A stretch of 64,000 bases of DNA from an uncultured Chloroflexia bacterium. Lineage in GTDB: Bacteria; Chloroflexota; Limnocylindria; Limnocylindrales; CSP1-4. The notes beneath the pieces were generated by a model. It was not told the DNA's origin, did no database searches, and saw nothing but the letters and a program-made list of their open reading frames with translations. Each line of letters opens with the position of its first letter. Within the stretch, counting starts at the first letter, position 1. Below, in pieces: positions 8,392 through 17,785 of the stretch. The stretch spans positions 126,425 through 190,424 of the forward strand of contig CAVQDZ010000004.1 in NCBI GenBank assembly GCA_963711405.1. Reading direction: 5' to 3'. Both the position numbers and the translations under genes were made by a program.

Positions 8392-10422
8392 TCAGCCGCC
8401 TGCGACTCGAGTTTCCGGCGTGCGGGTTGGCGTGGCCTCGGGTGTCGGTGTGTCCTTGGGAGGCTTCGTCGGCTTGGGCGAGTTGGTCAGCTCGGTAGTC
8501 GGCTTGGGGGTGTGCCCGGGGTCGGTCGGAGTCGGGGTTGGCTTGGGGCCGGGCGCGGGTGGGATGCCCTCGCTGGCCGGCCATTGCGTGCCGGCGGGCG
8601 GGTCTCCGGGGTAGCGGCCGACCAGGATGACTCCGTTCACCCGGCGATACGACGAGGTGATCGTGTCCTGGTGGATGATGTTCCCGTTGGCGTCGCGCAC
8701 GGTGCGCACGACGACCGAGTTGAAGCCGTCCGCCTTGTACTCGACGACCTTCGTCTGGCGCGGCGCGAGGTCGTCACTGAACTCGTAGAACTCAGACGCG
8801 GCCTGCTTGTTGGCGACCTTGGCATCCGACAGCGACACCGTCCGGCCGTCGGACACGCCCCAGATCTCGAACGTCACTGTGCGCTTCTTGTTGATCCCGC
8901 GGATGACGATGGGATAGTCGCTGTCGTTGGTGAACGACATGTCCTGGACGTAGTTGCCGCTGATCCAGATCGTCGCGTCAAGCCCGACCGGGTAGCGACT
9001 GATGTAGTAAGCGTGGTTGCGACGTGCGCCAAGCTCGAAGCCAGCGCGCAGGGCCGCGTTGAAGGCCGTCGTCGAAGCGGAACACAGCCCGCCTCCGAGC
9101 ACGCCGTCTGCCTTGGTATTGCCGTGGATGATGGCCGCGCCGCTGCCGTAGCCATTGGACTCGGTGATGGGGCCGGCCACGCCCACGAAGCTGAACACTG
9201 CGCCGGGCTGGACGACGGTGCCGTTGATCAGCTCCGCGGGGCGGCGGATGTTCTGGCCACCGTTGTTCATGGGGCTAGGGATGTAGTGCGTGGTCCACGT
9301 GCCGAGCAGCGATACGCGCGCGACCATTGACTGCGCCTCTTCCGTGGTGAAGTCGGGCACGGTCGCGGATACCGGCAGCGTCAGCTGCGCGGTAGGCGTC
9401 CCGGTCGAACGGCCCAGGATCGCGTTGTAGATCGCGTCTCCGGAGCTGGTGGCGTCGACTTCGTAACCTGTCGCGCCCGCGATTGCGACCGCCTGGCCGC
9501 CGTCGAACTTGAATTGCGCCTCAACCGCGGGCTGGTCGACCTGCGCCTTGAGGATGCTTACAAGCTGGTCAATGGGACCGCGGTCGAGCACTACCGACCA
9601 CTGGCCGGGCGCTGATTCAACCAGGTGCACCCAGCCGCGCAGCGTTGCCGCATCAATCGTGTGCGTGGTCGAGCCCACGGTCAGCACGAGTGGCGCGGAC
9701 GTGACGGCCTCCACCTTGGACAGCGCCGCCTGGGCATCAGGGGTGGTGATGCCCGCGCTGATGGAAGTGGCGGGGACGTTGACATTGGCATTGGCGGTTG
9801 AGTCGGTGTTCAGCGCGGCTATCGACTGGCGCAGCACCTCGTCGGCACTTACCTGTTGTCCGTCCGCAGCCGGAGTGACGACATACTGGCCGTTCTCGAA
9901 GCTGATCGTCGCGTCAACGGGCGTTACCTGAGCCGTGGCGACGATCTGCTGGACGCGCTGTTGGAGCGCGGCCGCGTCGTAGCTGACGGTAGGCGTGAGC
10001 GTCACGCCGCTCGTCATCGTGCGCAGCTGTTCGCCGATCTGGTCGATCGGGTTGCCGTTGCGGCCAACCTTCAGGGCCTGGTCGATGGTCGTGTCGAGGT
10101 TGTACGTACGCTTCAGATCCGAGTACGGGATCTGCTGGGTGACGGATCCGGCCGTGACGGTCAGGGCGCCCTTGGACACATCCGGCAGTGCGCTCAGAAG
10201 CTTGGCCTTGGCCGCCTCAGGCGTGAGTCCGGAGACGCTGACGCCACCGATGCTGACGCCGGACAAGATGCGGCCGGCATTGTTGCTGGCGTAGACATAC
10301 GTGCCGATCGCACCGACTGCAAGTAGGACGAGAATCGTCCCCGCGAAGAACAGCAGGAAGCGGCGCCAGGTGAACGCCGACATGCGGGAAGTAGTGGGCA
10401 GGGTCTGGGTCTTGGTGGTCAT
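8392..10422 (-). CDS. VanW-family protein (YoaR-like) with N-terminal TM anchor, G5-like domain and Pro/Thr-rich tail
   Basis: 676 aa. VanW core GGGLCSASTTAFNAALRAGFELGARRNHAYYISRYPVGLDATI. The C-terminus is PTPTPTDPGHTPKPTTELTNSPKPTKPPKDTPTPEATPTRTPE. Confidence 0.85.
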   Translation of the reverse strand: MTTKTQTLPTTSRMSAFTWRRFLLFFAGTILVLLAVGAIGTYVYASNNAGRILSGVSIGGVSVSGLTPEAAKAKLLSALPDVSKGALTVTAGSVTQQIPYSDLKRTYNLDTTIDQALKVGRNGNPIDQIGEQLRTMTSGVTLTPTVSYDAAALQQRVQQIVATAQVTPVDATISFENGQYVVTPAADGQQVSADEVLRQSIAALNTDSTANANVNVPATSISAGITTPDAQAALSKVEAVTSAPLVLTVGSTTHTIDAATLRGWVHLVESAPGQWSVVLDRGPIDQLVSILKAQVDQPAVEAQFKFDGGQAVAIAGATGYEVDATSSGDAIYNAILGRSTGTPTAQLTLPVSATVPDFTTEEAQSMVARVSLLGTWTTHYIPSPMNNGGQNIRRPAELINGTVVQPGAVFSFVGVAGPITESNGYGSGAAIIHGNTKADGVLGGGLCSASTTAFNAALRAGFELGARRNHAYYISRYPVGLDATIWISGNYVQDMSFTNDSDYPIVIRGINKKRTVTFEIWGVSDGRTVSLSDAKVANKQAASEFYEFSDDLAPRQTKVVEYKADGFNSVVVRTVRDANGNIIHQDTITSSYRRVNGVILVGRYPGDPPAGTQWPASEGIPPAPGPKPTPTPTDPGHTPKPTTELTNSPKPTKPPKDTPTPEATPTRTPETRVAGG

Positions 10423-10461
10423 CGAGTCCTCAATCGGGCGCGGTCGACGCCTGGTTGGTGC

Positions 10462-11544
10462 TCAGGAAAGGCCATTGGCCGCGAGGGCTGCCTGCTGCGC
10501 CGACCGACGGCGGCGGGATTCCTCGGGAACCTGATCTCGAGCGTGATAGCTGGACCGGACTAGCGGTCCCGATTCGACGTGCTTGAAGCCAAGCGCACGG
10601 GCTTCAAGTTTCATTTCCTCAAATTCAACCGGCAAATAATACCGAACAAGGGGCAGGTGCTGCTCGCTGGGCCGGAGATACTGGCCAACGGTCAGGATGT
10701 CGCAGTCGACTGCGCGCAGGTCGGCGAAGGTCTGGCTGAGCTCCTCACGGGTCTCACCAAGGCCGACCATCAGGCTCGACTTGGTATGGACGGTCCCGTC
10801 GCGGCCCTGGAATTCAAGTGCAAATTCCTTGGCACGGTGCAGGACTTCAAGGCTGCGCTGGTAGCGCGCCCGCTTGCGCACGGGCTTCTGGAGTCGCTCA
10901 ACTGTCTCGACGTTGTGATTGAGGATGTCAGGCGCTGCTTCCATTACCGTCCGGAGTGGCTCGTCCTGCCCGTTGAAATCGGGGATCAGCACTTCGACGC
11001 CGGTGTTTGGCGCTTCGTTACGAATCGCGCGAATTGTGTCGGCGAAGATATGTGCGCCGCCGTCGGGCAGATCGTCTCTGGCCACGCTCGTGACGACGAC
11101 GTGCTCCAGGTTCATCTTCGCGATCGCCTCCGCCACCCGGCGCGGCTCATCGTCATCGTTCCAGGTCGGCCGGCCGGTCTTCACCGCACAGAAGCCGCAC
11201 GCCCGGGTGCACACATCGCCCAGGATCATGATCGTTGCCGTGCGCTGGTCCCAGCACTCCCCGATGTTGGGACAGTGGGCTTCCTCGCACACGGTGTTGA
11301 GCGTGAGGCCGCGCATGATGCCCTTGAGCTCGTGGTAGTTGTCGCCGCTGGGCAGGCGCGCCTTGATCCAGTCGGGATGGCGACGTGGGGCCGTTGATCC
11401 GTCGGCGGCGGGCTCGAAGCTGCCACCACCCATCGCGATCGTGGGTGGCTGGAACGGATCAGAGTGGCCATGGCCACCATTCGCGGCGGGCGGCTGGAAC
11501 ATGGGCAGTTCGCGTTGCATCGTGAGTGCCGAGTTTACGGCCAA
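10462..11544 (-). CDS. lipA: Lipoyl synthase
   Basis: CPNIGECW auxiliary-cluster motif and radical-SAM [10 protein letters not shown]. The N-terminal extension makes the exact start uncertain. Confidence 0.9.
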   Translation of the reverse strand: MAVNSALTMQRELPMFQPPAANGGHGHSDPFQPPTIAMGGGSFEPAADGSTAPRRHPDWIKARLPSGDNYHELKGIMRGLTLNTVCEEAHCPNIGECWDQRTATIMILGDVCTRACGFCAVKTGRPTWNDDDEPRRVAEAIAKMNLEHVVVTSVARDDLPDGGAHIFADTIRAIRNEAPNTGVEVLIPDFNGQDEPLRTVMEAAPDILNHNVETVERLQKPVRKRARYQRSLEVLHRAKEFALEFQGRDGTVHTKSSLMVGLGETREELSQTFADLRAVDCDILTVGQYLRPSEQHLPLVRYYLPVEFEEMKLEARALGFKHVESGPLVRSSYHARDQVPEESRRRRSAQQAALAANGLS

Positions 11545-11559
11545 TCCATAGTCCGCGTG

Positions 11560-12570
11560 TCAGGATTGGCGGCCGGTGCCACGGCCGCGGCCGCCGACAG
11601 TGCCTCTGCCCCACGTGTCTGTGATGCCCTGCTCGAGGCTGCGCGCGCTGAATCCCAACTCGCGCGTGGCCTTTTCGTGGCTCGCCCAATAGGTGACGCC
11701 GTCACCGCCGCGAATCACCTCGGCCATGCTCGCGGGCATGCCCGGCAGGCCGCCAAGGCGGTCGTTGACGGGCGCCATCAGCCTGAGCAGCCGCGTTGGC
11801 ACGACCAGGCGTGGTGGCTTCTTACCGCCTGCGCGCGCGGCCGTGGCAATCGCATCCTTGAATCGCTTGCAGTCACCTGCGAGGACGTACGACTCGCCGA
11901 CGCGGCCACTATCGAGCGCGGCGACGATGCCCGCGGCCAGGTCATCGACGTGCACCCAGCACGCACCTGCATTGGTCAGCGCCGTGTAGCGCAGCTTGCC
12001 CGCATATGCCTGCTCGATCTGGGCGCTCGCCAGCGAGTGATCGTTCGGGCCGTAGACCTGCGACGGCTGGACGATCACGATTGGAGCGCCTTTGGAAGCG
12101 CGCTGCTCGGCGGCCTCGTGAGCGCGGTATTTGGTCTCGTCGTAACAGTTGAGGTAGCCCTCGCCCAGATCGCGCCTGTACGTCTCGTCGACGGTCTTGC
12201 CGTGCGTGTCGCCGAAGATCCCCACCGTCGACACGTACACGATGCGGCTGACGTTTGTTGCGATGGCGGCATCCAGGACGCGTTCAGTGGCGCCCACATT
12301 GGCCTGCCACATCTGCTCGCAGCGAGCCTTGCCGATCCCGATCTCGTACATCCCCGCGGCGTGCACGACCGCGTCGGCGCCGGTCGTCTGCGCCGTCAGC
12401 TGTGCCACGCTCGATAGATCGCTGATGACGAGCGAGACGTCGTCCCGCTGCAGGTGCGCCGCGCGCCCTGGATCGCGCACCAGGGCAACCACTTCATCGC
12501 CGCGCGTCGCGAGGCGATCGACTATCGCCCGGCCGATGAATCCGGCACCGCCGGTGACGACGACGCGCAT
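11560..12570 (-). CDS. NAD-dependent epimerase/dehydratase (extended SDR) family protein
   Basis: MRVVVTGGAGFIGRAIVDRL Rossmann motif and a YxxxK-type region (YDETKYRAHEAA). Confidence 0.85.
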   Translation of the reverse strand: MRVVVTGGAGFIGRAIVDRLATRGDEVVALVRDPGRAAHLQRDDVSLVISDLSSVAQLTAQTTGADAVVHAAGMYEIGIGKARCEQMWQANVGATERVLDAAIATNVSRIVYVSTVGIFGDTHGKTVDETYRRDLGEGYLNCYDETKYRAHEAAEQRASKGAPIVIVQPSQVYGPNDHSLASAQIEQAYAGKLRYTALTNAGACWVHVDDLAAGIVAALDSGRVGESYVLAGDCKRFKDAIATAARAGGKKPPRLVVPTRLLRLMAPVNDRLGGLPGMPASMAEVIRGGDGVTYWASHEKATRELGFSARSLEQGITDTWGRGTVGGRGRGTGRQS

Positions 12571-12602
12571 CGCCGCGCGCGCCCGTGGCTCCGGGGCCGG
12601 GT

Positions 12603-14048
12603 CTACCAGATCGCCGTGCTTGAGTCGACCGCCTCCAGCCAGCGCTTCACGTCCGCGACGAAGCGGCCGGCCTGGGCGCCGTCTGTGGCCCGGTGATCAA
12701 AGCCGAGCGTCATGTACATCATTGGCTTGATCCCGATCAGGTCACCACTGCCCGTCTCCACTACGACGGGCCGCTTCACGATCGACTCCATGGTCAGGAT
12801 GCCAACCTGCGGTGCATTGATGATCGGTTGCGTGATGATCGAACCCGTCCAGCCCGTGTTATCGAGCGTGAACGTGCCACCTTGGATGTCATCGAGCGTG
12901 AGCTTGCCGCCGCGCGAGCGATCCGCGAGGTCACGCAGGGCGCGGTTCAGACCGTGAATCGACAGCCGGTCCGCGTCCTTGATGACCGGCACAACCAGAC
13001 CGTCGTCGACGGCGACGGCGATGCCCAGGTTGATTGCCTGCCGACGCATGTGGCCTTCGTCGCTGTACGTCGCGTTGAAGTCGGCGTAGCGCTTGAGCGC
13101 ATCGACCGTCGCCTTGGCCACGAACGCGTCGTAGGTCAGGCTTATCCCTTCCTGGGCCTGGTACTGAGCCTTGGTGCGGTTACGCACTGCCACAACACCG
13201 CTCATATCGACCTCGATGACGGTGTATGCGACCGGCACCTGGAGTGACTTGGTCATCTGCGCCGCGATCGCCTTGCGCATTGGTGAGGCCGACTTGAGCG
13301 AGTCGCCCATGGCGACCGGCGAAGGTGCAGCCGGAGCCTGGGGGGCCGACTGGGCCGGCGCAGCCGAGGTCATCTGAGCGGGAGCCTGCGCCGCCGGCGC
13401 CACGGCCGCGGCCGACGCTCCGCCACTCTCGACGAACTTCATCACGTCTTCGCGCGTGACCCGGCCGCCGTGGCCTGACCCAGCGATCATCGCCAGGTCG
13501 ACGCCGTGCTCGCGCGCCAGGCGCCGCACCGCGGGCGTGGTTGGGCCGCTGTACGAGCCCGCGCCGCTGCCGTTACCGCTGCCGTTGCCATTCGAGATCG
13601 TCGGCGCCGCGACTGCGGCCGTGGCCGACACCGCGACGGCGCGCTCGTCGGAACCGCCCGGACCGAAACCCGCGCCGTACGAACCTGCTGGTTCAGCGGC
13701 CGCGGCCGCGGGAGCCACTGCCGCCGCGGGAGCTACTGCCGCAGGGGCCGCTGCCTGCGCGGGAGCGGCTGCTTCGGGAGCCTGCGCCTGCTCGGCTGCA
13801 TCTGCGCCGGAGGCCGCACCTTCGATCACCGCGATGTCGGTGTTGTTGGGCACCGTCTCGCCTTCCTGGACGAGGATCTCAGTCAGCGTGCCCTCGAAGG
13901 GCGACGGCACCTCGGCGTTGACCTTGTCGGTGATGACCTCGACGATCGGCTCGTATTTGTCGACGTGATCGCCCGGCTTCTTCAGCCACTTGCCGATCGT
14001 GCCCTCGGCAACGCTCTCGCCGAGTTGCGGCATCTGTACCTTGGGCAT
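12603..14048 (-). CDS. Dihydrolipoamide acyltransferase, E2 component of a 2-oxoacid dehydrogenase complex
   Basis: Lipoyl domain (VITDKVNAEVPSP), Ala/Pro-rich linkers, E3-binding domain (TPAVRRLAREHGVDLAMIAGSGHGGRVTRED) and catalytic DHRATDG. Confidence 0.9.
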   Translation of the reverse strand: MPKVQMPQLGESVAEGTIGKWLKKPGDHVDKYEPIVEVITDKVNAEVPSPFEGTLTEILVQEGETVPNNTDIAVIEGAASGADAAEQAQAPEAAAPAQAAAPAAVAPAAAVAPAAAAAEPAGSYGAGFGPGGSDERAVAVSATAAVAAPTISNGNGSGNGSGAGSYSGPTTPAVRRLAREHGVDLAMIAGSGHGGRVTREDVMKFVESGGASAAAVAPAAQAPAQMTSAAPAQSAPQAPAAPSPVAMGDSLKSASPMRKAIAAQMTKSLQVPVAYTVIEVDMSGVVAVRNRTKAQYQAQEGISLTYDAFVAKATVDALKRYADFNATYSDEGHMRRQAINLGIAVAVDDGLVVPVIKDADRLSIHGLNRALRDLADRSRGGKLTLDDIQGGTFTLDNTGWTGSIITQPIINAPQVGILTMESIVKRPVVVETGSGDLIGIKPMMYMTLGFDHRATDGAQAGRFVADVKRWLEAVDSSTAIW

Positions 14049-14136
14049 GGCGGGGTGAGTCTCCTAGCGCGGGAGTCGGTTGTTCGTCGGGCGCTAGTTT
14101 CGCTCATCGTGTCGAGCGGCGCCCAACGCTCAGCAC

Positions 14137-17100
14137 TCATTGCATACAGCTCACGTGCTCTGCACAGGGAACCTGGATCGTTCCATCGGCAATGTCCGAC
14201 TTAAGTTGCTCCACCTGCGGGCGGATGTCGTCGATGAAGCCGCCGCTGTAGGAGATATCAACGGCATGCTGAGGCAGGCCATGCAGATGCTCGCCGACGG
14301 TCAGCTCGCCGCGCGAAAAGGCGCGCAGCTCGTCGTACAGGACGGTGTCCCAGAGCTTGAGCACCGAGGTGAGGATGTGCGGCTGCCATGCCAACTGATT
14401 GGCATGTCCCTCGGTCTCGCCGATGGTCTCGTATTGATCAGAGTCGACGCCGATCGCCCAGAGCTGCCGGCCAAGCACATTGGACTGGTCGGTCGCCGCT
14501 TGAAACAGCCCAGCCCCGGAGCTGCCGGCGGCATGAAAGATAATGTCGGCGCCAGCGCCGTACAGCTGAGTCGCACTCTCCTGCGCTAACGACGCGTCGT
14601 TGAATCCCCTCAGGTCGGGCCACTCGGACAGATATGTGGTCAGGACCGGGATGTTGGGGGCGATGTGATGTGCACCGGCCTTGAAGCCCATCTCGAAGTC
14701 GTTGATTTGCCACAGGTCAACGCCGCCGATGAAACCGATCACACCCGTTCTCGTCTTGAGGGCGGCGATTGCTCCCGCCAGATATGCGCCCTGGCTGTCG
14801 GCAAACGTTACGTAGGTCGCGTTGGGCGCGTCGCCATTCATCTCCAACAGGATGTAGCGCGTATTCGGGTTGCCCTTGGCGACATCCGTTGCTAGTGCTT
14901 GGTCCATCGACCAGGCAACGATCGGCGACGCGCCTTGGACCGACGCGGTCTCGAGGTCATCTGGAGTCAGCTGGTGGCCTGTCGGCCACTCAGTCGAAAC
15001 AAAGCCGAAGTCACCGACGGCACGGCGGAATCCAGCTGCGATCAGGTCATTGAGGGCGCCAGGCCCGGGCGTCACCAGGCCCACATGCGCCGGTTGGAAA
15101 CGGGGTAGGAGCACCGCCCCAAAGGCAAACGTGAGAGCGAGCAGGGCCACCACGCCAGCCAGGGCGACCAGGCGCCGCCTGGCGCTGGCTTCGAGACGGT
15201 GGCGGTCGGCGACGCGGGCCGCCTCGCGCTCCTCGTCCTCCCTCTTGTGCTCTACGCATGCAACGAGGAAGTCCCGCTCACGACCGGTCAGCTCAAGTGA
15301 CCCCTGCGTCAGCAAAGGGGTGAACTCGTCCAGTCGTGCCCCAGCGAGCAGGTAGTCATCGAGACGGCCCGAGCCTTCCCACTCGTCCAGCGCTGCAACC
15401 AGTGAATCGCGACGGACAAGGGCTGTGCGGTGTCGGTCGATCCAACCGGCGAGCCGGTCCCACCCACGCAGGAAGGCATCGTGCGCTACCTCGACAGTCG
15501 GGCTGCCAGTGGCGGCATCTCGATCGAAGGACAGCAGGCGATGTCGTCCGAATTTGTCGAGGATCTCTGAGAGGGCGACCGGGTCCAGATCGAGGTCGGC
15601 AAGCTCAGCCACAGCGACGCGTCTGCGCGACTCCTGCCCATCGCGGCCAATGCGGACTAGACGGAGGAACACCTGCTCCGCAACGTCCTGGACGACGGGC
15701 TCGAGCGTCGCGAATACCTCGTCTGCACGTCTCGACAAGATGCCTGTCAGGCCACCGAGCATCCGATACCCGGCCCGCGTCAGATCGTCCCCGATGCGCT
15801 GGTCGAACATCTCGCTCAGGGCGAACTGCAGCATTGGCAGAGCTGCCGGCCGGTCGGCAACCTCCGATACCAGGTCTGCGAGGAGCCCCGACTCAACGCC
15901 GGCGCCGGCCGCCTTCGCAGGCGCGGTTATCGCCTCCTCCAACTCGGCGGGAGTCATCGGAACGACGTTGATGACGCCGGCGGTGAATAGCTCCGCGAGC
16001 TCCGGATGAAGCAATGGCCGGTCGTAGAAGTCAGCGCGCAAGCTCACCACGACGACGAGGCGGCCCTCGTTGCGCTCGAGCGCACCGGCCAATTTGCCAA
16101 TGAACCGGCGACGCTGAACGTCGTCAGCGAGTGTGAACAGCTCCTCGAATTGGTCGATCAACAGCACGACCTTCTGCCCTGGCGGGATCGTGGAAATGTC
16201 GTCCAAAGACCGAGTGCCCGGCGGCGCGGCGATGACCAGCCAACTCGCAGATCCCGAGATGGCTCCATCGCGCAGGCGTGTCGCGAGGCCGGCGTTCAGA
16301 ACGCTCGACTTACCCGATCCGGACGGCCCGACGAGAGCCACAAGCCGCCGGCCACTCTCGATCGCCCCAAGTAGCTGTTGGATGAGCGCGTCCCGGCCGT
16401 GGAAATCGGACGCGTCGGCTTCCGTGAACGGCCGCAGGCCCTTGTAGGGGTTCCGGCGAGTCGAGTTGCCTTGGTGCGTCGCGCTGCCTTGCGCGCCGAC
16501 CGAGTCGCCGGCAGACACAAGGTCGAGGGCAGGATCGTTGAGCAGCAGCGAGGCGTGCAGCTGCTGAAGCTGCGGAGACGGATCAACGCCAAGTTCGGCG
16601 TCGAGCTGCTCTTTGAAGCGAGCGTAGGAGCGCAGCGCTTCGGCATGTCTGCCGGAGCGATAGAGCCCGAGCATCAGGAGTTCACGCGAGCGCTCGCGCA
16701 GAGGATCCTCGCGGACCGCTGCCTCGAGCATGGTTGTTGCCTCGGCCGGCCGGCCCCTCTCAAGTTCGAGTGCGGCAAGCTCCTCAATCGCGGCGAGGTG
16801 CACTTCGTGAAGGCGCTCGATGTAACCCTGCGCGAACTCCTCGTAGACGAAGTCAGACAGTGCCGGGCCGCGCCAAAGCCTGAGGGCGTGGCGGAGGTTC
16901 GCTGCGGCCTCGGCCCGATCGCCGGACTCGAGCTGCTGCGTCGCCTCAGTGACGAGCCTCTCGAATTCGAATACATCGATCGACTCGGGCGGCGCCTGCA
17001 GTTGGTAGCCAGGCTCGCGCGTCACGATGACCGCCGGATCGAGCACCTTGCGCAGCTCGGAGACATAGATCTGAATGGAGTGCGCCGCTGTCCGTGGTGG

Positions 17101-17454
17101 GTCGTCGCCCCACAGCAGGTCGATCAAGCGATCAGTCGGAACGATCTCCCCACGATGCATGGCAAGGATCGCGAAGACGGCCCGTTGCTTGCGTGGCCCG
17201 AGCGCTGCCGACCCGTTATCGGTCAGGACCTCGAGATCCCCCAGCAAATGGATCTGCACTTGCGCCCCTGGTTTGGCCGGCCGCGACAGTCGGCTGTGCT
17301 CGGTGACGACGCTACTGTCCGCCGGGCATCGTTCTCGGTAACGCTCTATCGCCACTCTATTCCGTGGTAGAGGGCCGCTAGAGAAGGTTGCGCAATCTTT
17401 TTGAGCGCACGGAGGAGATCGACATTCGTCGCACCCCTCCAAGTGCGAGATCAC
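14137..17454 (-). CDS. Membrane-spanning one-component regulator: SARP/OmpR-type wHTH + BTAD, STAND P-loop NTPase, one TM helix, extracytoplasmic BMP (PnrA/Med-like) ligand-binding domain
   Basis: wHTH/BTAD region (QIHLLGDLEV..LIDLLWGDDPP..YRSGRHAEALRSY). NTPase region: NPYKGLRPF..FHGRD, Walker A GPSGSGKSS, Walker B VVLLIDQFEE. TM helix LVALAGVVALLALTFAFGAVLL. BMP-like C-terminus (VIGFIGGVDLWQINDFEMGFKAG..WAIGVDSDQY). The true start may be GTG 17259. Confidence 0.8.
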   Translation of the reverse strand: MISHLEGCDECRSPPCAQKDCATFSSGPLPRNRVAIERYRERCPADSSVVTEHSRLSRPAKPGAQVQIHLLGDLEVLTDNGSAALGPRKQRAVFAILAMHRGEIVPTDRLIDLLWGDDPPRTAAHSIQIYVSELRKVLDPAVIVTREPGYQLQAPPESIDVFEFERLVTEATQQLESGDRAEAAANLRHALRLWRGPALSDFVYEEFAQGYIERLHEVHLAAIEELAALELERGRPAEATTMLEAAVREDPLRERSRELLMLGLYRSGRHAEALRSYARFKEQLDAELGVDPSPQLQQLHASLLLNDPALDLVSAGDSVGAQGSATHQGNSTRRNPYKGLRPFTEADASDFHGRDALIQQLLGAIESGRRLVALVGPSGSGKSSVLNAGLATRLRDGAISGSASWLVIAAPPGTRSLDDISTIPPGQKVVLLIDQFEELFTLADDVQRRRFIGKLAGALERNEGRLVVVVSLRADFYDRPLLHPELAELFTAGVINVVPMTPAELEEAITAPAKAAGAGVESGLLADLVSEVADRPAALPMLQFALSEMFDQRIGDDLTRAGYRMLGGLTGILSRRADEVFATLEPVVQDVAEQVFLRLVRIGRDGQESRRRVAVAELADLDLDPVALSEILDKFGRHRLLSFDRDAATGSPTVEVAHDAFLRGWDRLAGWIDRHRTALVRRDSLVAALDEWEGSGRLDDYLLAGARLDEFTPLLTQGSLELTGRERDFLVACVEHKREDEEREAARVADRHRLEASARRRLVALAGVVALLALTFAFGAVLLPRFQPAHVGLVTPGPGALNDLIAAGFRRAVGDFGFVSTEWPTGHQLTPDDLETASVQGASPIVAWSMDQALATDVAKGNPNTRYILLEMNGDAPNATYVTFADSQGAYLAGAIAALKTRTGVIGFIGGVDLWQINDFEMGFKAGAHHIAPNIPVLTTYLSEWPDLRGFNDASLAQESATQLYGAGADIIFHAAGSSGAGLFQAATDQSNVLGRQLWAIGVDSDQYETIGETEGHANQLAWQPHILTSVLKLWDTVLYDELRAFSRGELTVGEHLHGLPQHAVDISYSGGFIDDIRPQVEQLKSDIADGTIQVPCAEHVSCMQ

Positions 17455-17468
17455 CTGAGGTGGGCGTC

Positions 17469-17735
17469 ATGCTCAAAAAGACCAGGTTCGGAACTCTCAC
17501 GGGCAGTCGTGCCCTGCGGGCCAGCGCTGCTGCGGCGCTAATGGCGGCGTCGATTGCGTCGGGCGCGGCACCGGCAGCGGCTTCGGCCTCGATCGCTGCG
17601 CACTCGCGCAGTCAAGGAAGCAACGTCAATTGGGCGCTGCTGATCGAGCGGAGGCAGGCTTCCGTAAATGCGGCGATGCACAAGGCGGGAGTCGGCCCAT
17701 CGCTCGCCGGCAGCGCCTCGCCGACCGGAAACTGA
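17469..17735 (+). CDS. Small Ala-rich secreted protein (hypothetical)
   Basis: ATG 17469 follows GAGGTGG. 88 aa with a signal-like N-terminus MLKKTRFGTL..AALMAASIASGAAPAAA. No recognisable family. Confidence 0.4.
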   Translation: MLKKTRFGTLTGSRALRASAAAALMAASIASGAAPAAASASIAAHSRSQGSNVNWALLIERRQASVNAAMHKAGVGPSLAGSASPTGN

Positions 17736-17785
17736 ATCCTACGTACAGGCAGCGAACTGCACCAGGGCACTGCTGGCAGGCGTGA

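Noticed and set aside
8260-9330. 356-aa ORF on the plus strand
   Set aside because: It is entirely antisense to the VanW gene, has an Arg/Gly/Asp-rich composition typical of shadow ORFs in GC-rich DNA, and has no motif.
13540-13830. Repetitive GCC/GCG/CCG-rich DNA that could be mistaken for a tandem repeat or CRISPR-like array
   Set aside because: It encodes the Ala/Pro-rich inter-domain linkers of the E2 acyltransferase. There is no regular repeat-spacer periodicity. The same holds for the PT-rich runs at 8392-8560 and 45790-46090.
14063-14096. Hairpin CTAGCGC..GCGCTAG between the regulator gene and E2 as a terminator
   Set aside because: It is a 7-bp stem with a 20-nt loop and no U tract on the transcribed (minus) strand. 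That is not enough to call.
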